Shown here: positions 16,349-26,773 of the stretch, piece after piece | How the letters are laid out: every line of letters begins with the position of its first letter | How positions within the stretch are numbered: position 1 is the first letter of the stretch | DNA from: a virus | Lineage: Duplodnaviria; Caudoviricetes | DNA: 51,539 nt | Virus record (IMG/VR): IMGVR_UViG_3300008223_000004 | Location: 1-51,539 of that record | Direction: 5' to 3' (one strand) | The notes under the pieces: model-generated | Told to the model about the DNA's origin: nothing | The model's input: the letters and a program-made list of their open reading frames with translations, nothing else | Databases searched by the model: none | Made by a program: the position numbers and the translations under genes

Positions 16349-19300
16349 TTATGCTCTCGCAATTGTGAAGTTAAAGGCCAAACTTTTTAGAGTGCCTGTG
16401 CCGGTCGATTGAACCCATATATCAAAGTAATTTGCGGTATATGAGAGTACGCTGGCTTGGTGCGGAATGTTGCTCGCATCAAGCATATTGGAACCTGTTA
16501 CAAACGTATTCGCAGCCGTTGAATTACCAAAACCATGCGTAATTCTATATTTGCCAGTTGAGAGCAAGACAGCACTTAAATTTTGTGATGTTGATGTTAA
16601 AGTTCCTCCGGCCGTTACCGAAGCAATAAAAAATGGATTGTTTTGTATTTGGTCCCATTCCTGTTTGTCGTTAGCCGTTCGATCTAAGTTTCGGGTGATC
16701 ATGAATAATTCAGAAAGGCTCGGTTCACGACCATCAATCACATCAATTCTCGGCCTGGATAATTCCATGCGGGTATTGATGCTGGTAGAAAAATAATATG
16801 CAGCTTCTAGCCTAATCTTAGTCGCGGCAATCGAAAATTTATAATCTTCAGCTACATGGATATTATCCCCAGTTTCAGGGTCATAAATCCCACCTAGACC
16901 TGAACTCACCGTCAATGATGTTGATTCAGGGTGCAGGAATCCGACCATTAAATACCATTTATCCTCAACTGGAATATTCGGTGTATTAGGTGCGCCACCA
17001 TCGATAAACCACCCCCCACTAAATAGGTTACCGCCTGCCATGTTATTGATCCACGCGCCATCTATACCAGGTTTAACGCCCAGTATTGCAATACCTGATT
17101 GCGCATCTAAGCGGCGAACCCAGCAACTAAAACGGGCTGTTCGCTTTGGGTCGATTGCGGCTACGTTACTGATAAATCCACCATCAGGAAAATCTTGACT
17201 ACTCGCATTTAAGTCTTTATTTGTGCAACGCCAAATGATTTCAGTATCGCTGCTAGGACCATCGGTTTTAACTAGTGCGTTTTCAGCACCAAGCCCGATG
17301 AAATCAAAACCATCAACAGCTATAGCGCTTCCTTCATTCCATCCCGTGGTGTCAATAAGGCTGTTTAGTAGTCGCTCGTCTTCAGGTTGATCATAGATAC
17401 TACCGCCCCACTCAGCGCCATGAGTAGCATAATTTCTGAATACAGCGCCGTCCCAGCGTTTAACCGTTCTAGTTTGAGAGTTAACCCAAAGATCGCCAAC
17501 ATCGTCAGCGGTTAAAGTTGGTGCAGTAGTTTGTACGTATGTGACAGCTACACCGTCAGCCGTTGTTTGTGCGTTTTGTGCAGAGTTGATGACACTGGCT
17601 ATTCCAGTATCAGGGGCAGGCGACCAAATCAAGCCGTCATAAATATACAGTTTATTAAAGTCGTCAATATCAAACCAGTAATCGCCAGTATCTAAGCTGG
17701 GGTCGGTTGGCTGAGAAGAGTCGTACCAGATCTTAAAGCTACCACCGGCCGCCGCCGCCGCATCTGCAATTGCCTGCACCATATCTTCATGGGTAGATTT
17801 GATAAATCTTAGGTTGTCATAGCTATCAATGACTGATGCCGATACCAGGAAGGAAGATTGAGCGCCTGAATACAACCCACCCACATTGTTGTAATGTTTT
17901 GATACTGCTCTAACTTTGATTTCAATAGACAAATACACGCCATCAGCTGCGGTATTTGATAAATAGTCCATGACATTTTTAGCATACGAATAAACAAAAA
18001 ACGGCGAGACTGATATTTCAGTCCTAAGCAAAAGCCCAGCACTATAAATCTCCACCTCATAATGATTAAAGTATGCGCGTTCACTGTTGTTATGATCCCA
18101 TTCAAAACTGGCATGTGGACCACTAAAGACAGAGCCCGTTTCGCCTTGGAGCTTTATGCCTGAAATCGTGGCGAATGGGTAAACGACTGATAATTCGGCA
18201 TTCGTTCTTCCATTTATATCTGTTGTTGCTCCTTGCTGTATTGGTCCCGATGTTGTCGCTATGCCTGCCAAGGAAACAGGTCTTATTCTCACTTCATATT
18301 GCTTGCCATCGCTATTCACTTCAATGATAGATTCGTGTGAGGCTGGTTTAGCGCTTATCCATGTTGTGGTACCAACCTCTCTATAATCCACGAGCGAGTA
18401 ACTGTAATTGGTGTCATTAGGTGGCGTCACACTTACTTCAATCGTAGATCTATTGCCATCAGGTGTAACAGGTGTGTTTGTATATTCAGTTAAGGTAAAG
18501 GTAGGGGTAGACTCTACGTAGTCAGGTAAATCAGCTACAGGAATTGAATTTATATCTAAAAATAAGATCTTTGCATTTTGGCTCCACGTATTTTCAATAA
18601 CCTTTACGCTACCGCCCCCACCACCAGGACTTGAAGCGGGCAAGCCCCAACCATCGCCTGAACCGTGTCGATAAAGTCTTGTTTCTCCCCCTATAACTCT
18701 TGTTCGTATATCGTCGTAGCTTGTATTAGCTTCAGGGCATACCCCGTGATTAAGCACTGTGTTCGATGCGCTAAAGTTTGGAAAGGTTTGGTTAGAATTT
18801 AGGGTGACGACTAGCAATCCACCGGAAGCACCACCAGCGCCCGCGCCCGCTCTAATGACATCTGTTGCAGGGTTATAACTGTAGTTATCAAAGAATATAG
18901 CTGTATCGGCACCTGGTAACCCTGGCGCACCTGAAAGATCAATTCTACTTGATGCGCCATAAGCGATACCGGAAGCCATCACAACTAGCCCAGCGCCACC
19001 AGCACCACCAGGCCCACCAAGGGCGAGAAAAGATTCGGGTGAATAATTTGGAGAGGGTGTTTCCGCTTTATAGATACCACCGCCTGAAGATCCAGAGGAC
19101 CCCATAATCGTGGATGGAAGCCCTATAAGGTTAAGCGTAGAATCAATTGACAAAGATGGAGCGGTAACAAAGTCCGAATCACCTTTTACAATCCGCACAC
19201 CATGACTAGAAGTGTGCTTGAATGATATGTAAGGCTTGTTTGTATCATAATTCCCGTCACTGTCTCTACGGTAAGAGATTTTTTTGACCCACCCACCTTG

Positions 19301-21349
19301 GGCCATAGTGGTACCTATACCAGCTAAGCCTAAATTTGCCGCAACAGGGGTTTTAATGTGACTAATAACGCTATCGGCTATGCCACCAGCAAGACCTTTA
19401 CCTACACCTTCTATCTCGCCATTGTTCTGTAGAAATCCTAGAACTCTAATCTGAACATTTTTATCAATATGGATTGTTGCGCCTGAATTAATCGTTAAAT
19501 CTTCAGCGCAATAATAAATGCAGCTAGCATCATTTAGATCAGCATGACCAGCTAAGGTTATATCTCCTGTAACAGTTGTCGTTCCCCCTGCCGACGAAAC
19601 CGCCGCGCCAAAGTTAGCGGCATTAATTTCGGTACCTTCTGAGGTGATAAACTGCTTGTCTAAATTAACGGTGTCACTAGGGGCAATATCACTAGCTCTT
19701 TGCGAACTACCAAAAAGCTTTAATTTTACTTCGCCAGTGCGTTTATCAATGCTTATTTTCTGGATCTCAAAGTTTCTGTTTAGCTTTCCAGCTTCATTAG
19801 AAAAATCCTCAAACAAAGACAGGTCAAGCCTTACTATATCGCCCACTTCCAGGTCTGCTTGGTCAGGTGTAAGCGTTACCTCAATTCTAAGTGGTGGACC
19901 CGCATATCTTGATCGTATTGAATCAAAATGGTACTTGATCGAATTAGACGAGTGCCTAGAACCATGCAAGGTTTTCAGTTCAATGATTTTAGGATCTGAG
20001 GCTTGATTTCTTTCGATTGATTGAGGGTCTGTCAACACGCTAGTTCGTGTGAATTTTTCTCGTCGAGAGTCCCAGTTCCAGCGAATTACGAAACTATTCA
20101 AAACAGATTTAAGGTCGTGCTTCAAGGGGGTATACGAAACAACATTAACGATATTTAAAAGACGGTCATAAGATCCTAGTGGCCCAATGTACTTCAAACG
20201 CTTTAAGCCCATTTCGCCAAAATTTGAGATAGGCGCATACACCCCAAGCATAAAAAATATCTTTTGCTCGATGTATTTCTTTGCGTCTTCGTCTTCAGCC
20301 CCTCTAATCGAAACCGGAAACCCATTATCAGGGTTTGTTAAGTCCCAAAGGTCTACGCCAATATTTATAAAAGAAGATGTCTTGATGTAGTCAGTGCTGA
20401 TACTCACATGCCAGTGATCAGGAAGAAACTTACCTGGGTAGCCGTAAATTGAACCAGTTAGAAGCGCGTATACAGCCATAACAGCGGGCATTTCTAAATA
20501 CACGTATTCTTTGATAGCAGGGGCGCTCTCAATGCCTCCTTCTGGATCAATCTCAATGCTCTTTGCTGTTGTGCCTAAAATCCCTCTAATTAACCCTGTA
20601 AGCTTATTCCCTGTCTTGCCTGTCCATATTGCTAACTCAAACCCTTCATCGCTATCGTTGTCTAGCCTGATAATGCCAATTTCATCTATGCCACTAAGCG
20701 TGGGGTAAACCAAGCCGCCTGGATCTGTTGGGTGATCAAGCGGGTGAGTTTGAGATTGTAGGCTTCGCAAAAGGGTTAGCCCTGAAGCACTTGGAAGCTG
20801 GTAAACTAGATGCAATTCATTTGCATTTAAAACATCAATTTCGGTTGAATCAGCATCAATAGATGTCATTAAAACCGTTTCTTTGACAACAAATATTTTC
20901 CTTCTGGTGGTTCTTTGAATGTCGCCGCAATTGAACGAGTAACTGCCATTTTTATAAGAGATGTCGTTATCAACAATGTAGGTATCTGTAGGCTGGAAAT
21001 CTTCCCACAACAGCCCACGATAGCCTTTATGCACCCTAACCCGTTTGCCTTTAAGTCCTTTGTTTTCTGTTAACTTTGATCTAATTACGTCTGTTAAGTT
21101 TACGTCCAGAGCTTCGAATTTTATGGACCCTATTGTTGAGTTAGCCTTGTCTGGATTTAACTCTTGACTACTATTAGAGATTATTTTCAAAGAGCGGTTT
21201 GAAATGCTGCCAGCCAAGCCTGGAACGTCATGTGTTGTGAGAAAATGCGTGTCGGCATTTAACAGGTCAAATGACAGCTCAATGACAAATATTGGCTCTT
21301 GATTGTTTGAGTTACTTTTGGACCTGAATTCTTGAGGGTAGGTAATCAT
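16349..21349 (-). CDS. Large tail tip / host-specificity protein
   Basis: 1666 aa after the distal tail gene; LEVGDIV hub-like motif, Gly-rich segments, FN3-like region. Confidence 0.8.
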   Translation of the reverse strand: MITYPQEFRSKSNSNNQEPIFVIELSFDLLNADTHFLTTHDVPGLAGSISNRSLKIISNSSQELNPDKANSTIGSIKFEALDVNLTDVIRSKLTENKGLKGKRVRVHKGYRGLLWEDFQPTDTYIVDNDISYKNGSYSFNCGDIQRTTRRKIFVVKETVLMTSIDADSTEIDVLNANELHLVYQLPSASGLTLLRSLQSQTHPLDHPTDPGGLVYPTLSGIDEIGIIRLDNDSDEGFELAIWTGKTGNKLTGLIRGILGTTAKSIEIDPEGGIESAPAIKEYVYLEMPAVMAVYALLTGSIYGYPGKFLPDHWHVSISTDYIKTSSFINIGVDLWDLTNPDNGFPVSIRGAEDEDAKKYIEQKIFFMLGVYAPISNFGEMGLKRLKYIGPLGSYDRLLNIVNVVSYTPLKHDLKSVLNSFVIRWNWDSRREKFTRTSVLTDPQSIERNQASDPKIIELKTLHGSRHSSNSIKYHFDSIRSRYAGPPLRIEVTLTPDQADLEVGDIVRLDLSLFEDFSNEAGKLNRNFEIQKISIDKRTGEVKLKLFGSSQRASDIAPSDTVNLDKQFITSEGTEINAANFGAAVSSAGGTTTVTGDITLAGHADLNDASCIYYCAEDLTINSGATIHIDKNVQIRVLGFLQNNGEIEGVGKGLAGGIADSVISHIKTPVAANLGLAGIGTTMAQGGWVKKISYRRDSDGNYDTNKPYISFKHTSSHGVRIVKGDSDFVTAPSLSIDSTLNLIGLPSTIMGSSGSSGGGIYKAETPSPNYSPESFLALGGPGGAGGAGLVVMASGIAYGASSRIDLSGAPGLPGADTAIFFDNYSYNPATDVIRAGAGAGGASGGLLVVTLNSNQTFPNFSASNTVLNHGVCPEANTSYDDIRTRVIGGETRLYRHGSGDGWGLPASSPGGGGGSVKVIENTWSQNAKILFLDINSIPVADLPDYVESTPTFTLTEYTNTPVTPDGNRSTIEVSVTPPNDTNYSYSLVDYREVGTTTWISAKPASHESIIEVNSDGKQYEVRIRPVSLAGIATTSGPIQQGATTDINGRTNAELSVVYPFATISGIKLQGETGSVFSGPHASFEWDHNNSERAYFNHYEVEIYSAGLLLRTEISVSPFFVYSYAKNVMDYLSNTAADGVYLSIEIKVRAVSKHYNNVGGLYSGAQSSFLVSASVIDSYDNLRFIKSTHEDMVQAIADAAAAAGGSFKIWYDSSQPTDPSLDTGDYWFDIDDFNKLYIYDGLIWSPAPDTGIASVINSAQNAQTTADGVAVTYVQTTAPTLTADDVGDLWVNSQTRTVKRWDGAVFRNYATHGAEWGGSIYDQPEDERLLNSLIDTTGWNEGSAIAVDGFDFIGLGAENALVKTDGPSSDTEIIWRCTNKDLNASSQDFPDGGFISNVAAIDPKRTARFSCWVRRLDAQSGIAILGVKPGIDGAWINNMAGGNLFSGGWFIDGGAPNTPNIPVEDKWYLMVGFLHPESTSLTVSSGLGGIYDPETGDNIHVAEDYKFSIAATKIRLEAAYYFSTSINTRMELSRPRIDVIDGREPSLSELFMITRNLDRTANDKQEWDQIQNNPFFIASVTAGGTLTSTSQNLSAVLLSTGKYRITHGFGNSTAANTFVTGSNMLDASNIPHQASVLSYTANYFDIWVQSTGTGTLKSLAFNFTIARA

Positions 21350-21775
21350 CTAACTAAATACCGTTTCTGAAGGGTTAAAATAAATTGAAAAGGTATAGGT
21401 CCACCGCTCCATGTATTTATAGCGAGTTCTTTTAGGGTTCCCCTTTAAACTTGCCGCTATTTGCTCGACTGGTGAAGCTAACAATCCGTACGGGTCGAAT
21501 GTGAAATCTTCACCCCCTAGAATGCTGTCGTAGAATTCATTCATTTGATCTTGAGTGGCCGTATCGACGATTTGCACCGTAGATACATTGGCCATGTGGT
21601 CTGTCCGATGGAGCGATGTAAATCGCTTTCCAGATAAAGAAACTGATTCCTCAATTTCACGCTTAAGGTCTGGATCGAATTTTTTTATGTCAATTTCTAT
21701 TGAGTACTCGGTTCCTGCGCTATGCCCAGAAACCAGTCGCCCCCTATCTACTGCGATATAAGTAATTGCTCCCAT
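21350..21775 (-). CDS. Distal tail protein (putative)
   Basis: Position directly after tape measure. Confidence 0.6.
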   Translation of the reverse strand: MGAITYIAVDRGRLVSGHSAGTEYSIEIDIKKFDPDLKREIEESVSLSGKRFTSLHRTDHMANVSTVQIVDTATQDQMNEFYDSILGGEDFTFDPYGLLASPVEQIAASLKGNPKRTRYKYMERWTYTFSIYFNPSETVFS

Positions 21776-23910
21776 TAGGCTGCTAACTCCTGGCCATTTC
21801 TTGACGCGGCTTCGATCAATACAAAGTCGGTACTATCAAGATGCTCTTTGAGGATGGTGGCTATATGTTCAGCGTCGATGCCGCTCACAGGACCATTGAA
21901 AACAACCTGAACCGCTTGGCGAGTGTCTTCCACTTCACCTACGTCTGTGCTGATACTGTCAACGCTTGTTGTGGTGTCTGAAGTAGAGACATTCGCGCCC
22001 CCTCCAAACTTTTGAGACTTAATATTCTGAATTTGAACAAGACCAGCGGCTGCGACCATTGCGGCGAGTGGCGGGCCAACAATTGGACCTAATGCCCATG
22101 CTTGTGTGACACCTAGAGCGGTATTGACGGCAGCGGTTGAAATAGCGGCGACTTTGCCAATATTGAAAAGCTTTTTACTGCTAGCGCTCATTAAAGTGCT
22201 CGCAGCCCCTGAAAAGGTAGAGATTGCTAAATTACGTGATTGTTGTTCTTGTTTTTTAATCTCAGTAACTTGCTTTTCATGTCGCTTAACTTCGTCCTCA
22301 GAAGCTTTATTTGCTGCTTTTTCATTAGCGGCATCTTGCTCTCTGAACTCATTAATTATCGCCATGCGGCTTAAATGCTCACCTCTCTCAAGGTCAAGAT
22401 TGTCAGATTTGGAAGCGTCACCTAAAGAATTTGATAACCCCCCTGTATCATAAACAGCATCATTACTGGCCGATAAATGCCTGACACTTTCCGCTCTCGT
22501 CGCAATATTACTAATTGATGATTGGCCGTAAATTGAAACGTATTCTTTTATTTTTTCTATATTTGAAGAATGAAGTTCATTCTCTTGTTGCAGTAGCGAC
22601 AATCCTTCTGTGCGAATAGAATTGAAATCAGTTGAAAGCTTGGTGTAATACTTATCTTCCGCTTCGCTTTGTGACAAGGTTGCGGCCAGCGTCTGTTCTC
22701 TAGCTTTTTTGTCTTCCTTCGCTCCTTCTTTGGCAATGTCGTAAAATGATTTTCTACCAGCGGTCCAGAGTTTTTCAATTTCTGTTAAATCCTCTGCATC
22801 CTTTCGCTCTTGAGTGAGTGTCGACGCTTTATCTTTCGCTAATTTAGACTCTTTCTCGCTTTGACCAATTCTCTTTTGAATCAGTTTAATTTTTGCAGCA
22901 ATTAGAGCCAGCTCACGCTCTTCTTGCTTAATTACAAACGGATTCACGCCAAATGAATTTTTAGTTCTAGCAAGCGCATTAGCTTTACTGAGGTGTTCAA
23001 TTTGTAAGTCGGCCAATTGCATCAAGTCATCTGGATTCATTGATTCAGCAATGCCGCGAAATGAATCAGCCATACCGTTTAAGAAGTTGGTTACTTTTCC
23101 GCTCAAGCCTGTAGTGCTGTCAATGGCTTCATAAAGCTCGTCCCATTCTTGGCCTAATAAATCAACCGCACCGGCTAAACCCTGCCCCGCACCTTCGCTG
23201 GTACCACCAATTCTTCCCTCAAGGGTTTTTAAGATTAAGGCTTGCGCCTGGGCTTTTTTACCCGTTTCGGCTAACAATAAAATCTGTTCGCGCGCTTTCG
23301 GATTAAACGCCCCTACAGCCGTTTCAAGTCGTGATAATTGCTTGACGGGATCATCTAAGGCTTTACCTAGCTTTCTAGCGTTTGTTGAAGCGCTACCGCC
23401 CCAAATTGACGCCATATCTTGTGATAGTGATATAACGTGCTCGAATGAGTCGCTTCCTACAGATTTGAAAGTTAGTAATGAGTTGATAGCCTGGCGAACA
23501 TCAGTTGTGCTTGCTAGCGTGGCTCTAGCCGCTCCCCTGGCCATATCATCAAGCTCTGACGAAAGAAAACCAGACGCGCCACCTGTTGCTTTTAATATCG
23601 CCTCAGTTTTGCCCATCTCCACTTCAACATCAGACATCACTTTAAGTACTTTGACGCCGCCAAAGCCAACAGCAGAAAGCCCAACAGCGAATAAGCCCAG
23701 CGCGCCTGCGCCAGATGTAAAAATGGTTTTTAAGTTAGTGGCTCTTGATGCTATGCCACCCAAAGGACCGTCAATTAACGCAATACTTGAAGTTAAAGAC
23801 TTCGAAGATTTAGCAAATCGATTTGTGTCATTTGCGCTCTTTTTCATAGCAGAATCATAATTGCTATGATTCGCCTTCATTACATGAACGTGGGTGTTTA
23901 CTGTGCTCAT
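21775..23910 (-). CDS. Tail tape measure protein
   Basis: Ala/Gly-rich helical protein, LGKALDDP motif, follows chaperone genes. Confidence 0.92.
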   Translation of the reverse strand: MSTVNTHVHVMKANHSNYDSAMKKSANDTNRFAKSSKSLTSSIALIDGPLGGIASRATNLKTIFTSGAGALGLFAVGLSAVGFGGVKVLKVMSDVEVEMGKTEAILKATGGASGFLSSELDDMARGAARATLASTTDVRQAINSLLTFKSVGSDSFEHVISLSQDMASIWGGSASTNARKLGKALDDPVKQLSRLETAVGAFNPKAREQILLLAETGKKAQAQALILKTLEGRIGGTSEGAGQGLAGAVDLLGQEWDELYEAIDSTTGLSGKVTNFLNGMADSFRGIAESMNPDDLMQLADLQIEHLSKANALARTKNSFGVNPFVIKQEERELALIAAKIKLIQKRIGQSEKESKLAKDKASTLTQERKDAEDLTEIEKLWTAGRKSFYDIAKEGAKEDKKAREQTLAATLSQSEAEDKYYTKLSTDFNSIRTEGLSLLQQENELHSSNIEKIKEYVSIYGQSSISNIATRAESVRHLSASNDAVYDTGGLSNSLGDASKSDNLDLERGEHLSRMAIINEFREQDAANEKAANKASEDEVKRHEKQVTEIKKQEQQSRNLAISTFSGAASTLMSASSKKLFNIGKVAAISTAAVNTALGVTQAWALGPIVGPPLAAMVAAAGLVQIQNIKSQKFGGGANVSTSDTTTSVDSISTDVGEVEDTRQAVQVVFNGPVSGIDAEHIATILKEHLDSTDFVLIEAASRNGQELAA

Positions 23911-23917
23911 AAAGTCA

Positions 23918-24121
23918 CTACATAAAGTCGTTAATTGAGGTGGGTTTTTTGGTGGTTTTACCGGCTATATTTGTAATCACGGACGCCAAGAAAGCATCAG
24001 CTTTAAAGCCCCAAGGCTCCATTGCGTAATAAGCGTGAAAGTAAGTGAAGTCTTTTTGAGAGGTTGTTTCCATGATCTCGCGGGGTGATTTACCCCACTT
24101 GATCGCGAGCCTGGTAGCCAT
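23918..24121 (-). CDS. Tail assembly chaperone gpT-like part (reached by -1 frameshift)
   Basis: MEPWG motif; in the -1 frame of the slippery site. Confidence 0.8.
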   Translation of the reverse strand: MATRLAIKWGKSPREIMETTSQKDFTYFHAYYAMEPWGFKADAFLASVITNIAGKTTKKPTSINDFM

Positions 24122-24141
24122 CAGAAGATTGGGGCTATCCT

Positions 24142-24498
24142 CTAATTCTTTTTTGCGGCGAGCACCCCTTTTTCACCCATGTAAGTGAAATCTACAATGC
24201 ACTTGTAAAGCTCAACTACTACGGCATCGCTGTAGACTGATTTAAAGCGCTTCATCTGTGCGGCTGTAATCTTTTTCACGCCATCCCAACCACACATAGA
24301 TTTAATAACTGTTTCTAGTAGTACCTGGTCACGCGCTGCATTAGAGTCGCATCCGTCCATTTCCTTATGGATTGCTTCCTTTTCTGAAACAGTGATTTCA
24401 TAAATTAGAGGCTGGTGATCAAGTCCTAGATGGCGCACTTTTTCACTTCTGCGCTGTTTTTTTTCTTCCAGTATTCCAAGCAGGTCATCTACATTCAT
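24142..24498 (-). CDS. Tail assembly chaperone gpG-like
   Basis: Position; ends AAKKN. Confidence 0.8.
   Translation of the reverse strand: MNVDDLLGILEEKKQRRSEKVRHLGLDHQPLIYEITVSEKEAIHKEMDGCDSNAARDQVLLETVIKSMCGWDGVKKITAAQMKRFKSVYSDAVVVELYKCIVDFTYMGEKGVLAAKKN
24148..24154 (-). other. Programmed -1 frameshift slippery site A AAA AAG
   Basis: -1 frame reads ELEDSPNLL into MATRL without a stop. Confidence 0.85.
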
Positions 24499-24926
24499 GG
24501 TGCTTCACTCTCGTCGATTGCTTCGATTTGCGTATAAGGAACTTTTACCTTGTCTGGCTCACCTCTAACCTGTTCCATGAACTCGCGACCACTTAAGGTC
24601 ACCAGAAAATCAATCTGGCGACCACTCGAACGAACCTGTCGCATTTTCACTGAGGAATGACTAAGAGCCAGAGCTAGAAAACCTGCAAGGTTAGTATTTG
24701 CTGGTACATCAAAGAAAATGAGTTCACTCGTTTTCGCTTGTTGTGCGCCGGTTATTTGTCGGGGTGATGTGGCTCGTAAAGGTGTAGCGTCAACAAACTC
24801 ACCAATGGTACCTACAGCACCATTACCAGTGATCTCATCGAGCTCAAGGAACGAGCCTGGGGTTAAAGGGTCTTCATATAAGGTGGTGGAGCCTTCACCT
24901 ATTTTGGGGACTGCACTATAAGTCAT
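24495..24926 (-). CDS. Major tail tube protein
   Basis: Position and size; GEFVDATPL motif. Confidence 0.75.
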   Translation of the reverse strand: MTYSAVPKIGEGSTTLYEDPLTPGSFLELDEITGNGAVGTIGEFVDATPLRATSPRQITGAQQAKTSELIFFDVPANTNLAGFLALALSHSSVKMRQVRSSGRQIDFLVTLSGREFMEQVRGEPDKVKVPYTQIEAIDESEAP

Positions 24927-25009
24927 GATTTATTCCTCTTTGGGCATAAAAAAGGCCGCAAATGCGACCAGGTATTGGATTAGGGTTGAATAAGAAAAAA
25001 GGGGGCGGG

Positions 25010-25408
25010 TTACCGTGAAATGATTTGAAACGTAATAAATAGCGAAATATAAGCGTCTTCTGAATCGCCAGAATAATTAAATCGCTCTTTATAAAAATCA
25101 AAAGTAGCGGGATAAAGACGCATATACTCTTCAAGCGCTGTGTCGGCTATATCTTCCATTTGATCAAGGTCATCATCTTTTCCAGCTTTAAGATGAAACC
25201 CTACTTCAGCTTGCATATAGGTCATTACACCTAGACCTTGCTCTGCCTGGCGGCTTTCTCCTTCCGAAATATAGATATTCGTAAATTTTGGTGTCGGGCT
25301 ATCAGGATCAAGCTCTACCGATCTATAGGGATAAACCGTACCTAATACTTTTGAGTGTGGTAAAAGGGCTTGTTTGAACCAGTCCCTTATTTGTTTTCTA
25401 TTTGACAA
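25010..25408 (-). CDS. Tail terminator (gpU-like)
   Basis: RKQIR N-terminus, DDDLDQM; position. Confidence 0.65.
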   Translation of the reverse strand: MSNRKQIRDWFKQALLPHSKVLGTVYPYRSVELDPDSPTPKFTNIYISEGESRQAEQGLGVMTYMQAEVGFHLKAGKDDDLDQMEDIADTALEEYMRLYPATFDFYKERFNYSGDSEDAYISLFITFQIISR

Positions 25409-26027
25409 GTTTGTTCCACCTGTAAATGTATTCACGTTTTAAAACTTTATCAAAGACATCACGTTCAGCACGTCTTAGCTCTCTTGGCATAAGCTCGTTC
25501 ATGGTGTCGTTGATTCGAATTTTTACTACTCGTATCTTGTAGCGTTCTTTGCCGTGGCGTTGAAATATTTGCGGCTGGCCAGTTTTTTTAACCCTAGAAA
25601 TAAACGCGTTCCGATAAAACCTTGAGCCACCAGCAATCTTAATTTGCGCGCCCCCAAGCCTTGATCTTCTTCTAGTGTTTTTCGAATCTTGCCCCGCTAC
25701 TTTTTTTAAATTGATCTTCCCTTTGTTTTTCACAAGAGAAATAATTGGTATCGGAACCTGGTAAACATTTAGGCGTGCGGAAAGTTTCTTGTAGGTCGCC
25801 ATGTCGCCTTTTTTTCGATTGAACCTAATTTTATTTCTTACGGCCGGTTCTTTTATTTTGTCTTTTTTAGCCGTGGCAATAACCACCTTTTGGCGGGCAG
25901 CTCTCATTGTGGAATTGAGAGCGACGATCATTGCTTTACGAACATGATTGCCTTTCATTTTTGAAAGTTGACTCGCCATCCCTTCAATTTGTAGTGGAAA
26001 GAACAGCGAGTCTTTCATGCTATTCAC
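25398..26027 (-). CDS. Minor tail protein gpZ-like
   Basis: Basic protein, ALNST, NAFI...QIFQRHGKERY. Confidence 0.7.
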   Translation of the reverse strand: MNSMKDSLFFPLQIEGMASQLSKMKGNHVRKAMIVALNSTMRAARQKVVIATAKKDKIKEPAVRNKIRFNRKKGDMATYKKLSARLNVYQVPIPIISLVKNKGKINLKKVAGQDSKNTRRRSRLGGAQIKIAGGSRFYRNAFISRVKKTGQPQIFQRHGKERYKIRVVKIRINDTMNELMPRELRRAERDVFDKVLKREYIYRWNKLVK

Positions 26028-26421
26028 CCTTTGCTTCGGCTTTTTCAGTTTCAGCTTTTTCAGTTTCAGCTTTTTCAGTTTCAGCTTTTTCAGCTTCGGC
26101 TTTTTCAGCTTCGGCTTTTTTCTTTGCTTCAGCTTTTTTCTTTGCTTCGGCTTTTTTCTTTGCTTCAGCTTTTTTCTTTGCTTCAGCTTTTTTCTTTGCT
26201 TCAGCTTCAGCTTCGGCTTCGGCTTCGGCTTTTTCTTTTATTTCCGCTTCCGTTTCATCTTCAGCATCCAATATGACAGCTTCTTTGCGAGCCTTTAAAT
26301 ATTGGGCCTGGGACGGAGAAACCGCGACCACTGTGTTGCGTGGGCGCTGCTTACTGCGAATAGTTCTTGTTTCTAACATTTTTACGTTGACCATGCTTTT
26401 CTCACTTAATTTATGACCCAA
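26020..26421 (-). CDS. Low-complexity Ala/Glu/Lys repeat protein
   Basis: (AEAKKK)x5 and (AETEK)-type repeats. Confidence 0.7.
   Translation of the reverse strand: MGHKLSEKSMVNVKMLETRTIRSKQRPRNTVVAVSPSQAQYLKARKEAVILDAEDETEAEIKEKAEAEAEAEAEAKKKAEAKKKAEAKKKAEAKKKAEAKKKAEAEKAEAEKAETEKAETEKAETEKAEAKGE
26034..26235. repeat. Tandem 15-, 18- and 6-bp coding repeats
   Basis: GCTTTTTCAGTTTCA, GCTTTTTTCTTTGCTTCA and GCTTCR units. Confidence 0.85.
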
Positions 26422-26771
26422 GTTTGCAAACCTTTATCGCTCCGATCTAAAGGAGTTTTCAGTGTATAAACTTGAGAATCGATGGTAAAAGTTCCACCTT
26501 TCTTAGCAAAAGGAATGCTTTGAGAGTGGAAAGTAATTTGATGTTTGTCTTGAACAATCTCGCCAGAATCACTAAAACGTTCGACATTGGTACGGTGCAA
26601 TACTTTGGCCGGTAAATAGCCGTTGTAACGAGCAATCACACCTAAAATTCGCAAGATGTTTGACGCCCCCTTATTTCGCCTGCGCGAGACTGCGCCAGAT
26701 GTAACAAGAGGGTTTTGAAATGTAGGGGCGAGTAGCAGCGGGCCGCCCCCCTTCTCCCCCAAATAAAGCAC
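26406..26771 (-). CDS. Head-tail joining protein (gpFII-like); start uncertain
   Basis: Position after capsid; KKGGTFTIDSQVYT. Confidence 0.6.
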   Translation of the reverse strand: MLYLGEKGGGPLLLAPTFQNPLVTSGAVSRRRNKGASNILRILGVIARYNGYLPAKVLHRTNVERFSDSGEIVQDKHQITFHSQSIPFAKKGGTFTIDSQVYTLKTPLDRSDKGLQTWVIN

Positions 26772-26773
26772 CG

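Noticed and set aside
16349-21349. Diversity-generating retroelement or invertible tail-fibre switch
   Set aside because: No reverse transcriptase, no TR/VR duplicate and no alternative fibre C-termini were seen
25931-26416. Three + strand low-complexity ORFs (Phe/Ser/Leu-rich)
   Set aside because: Shadows of the tandem repeats in the minus-strand AEAKKK gene
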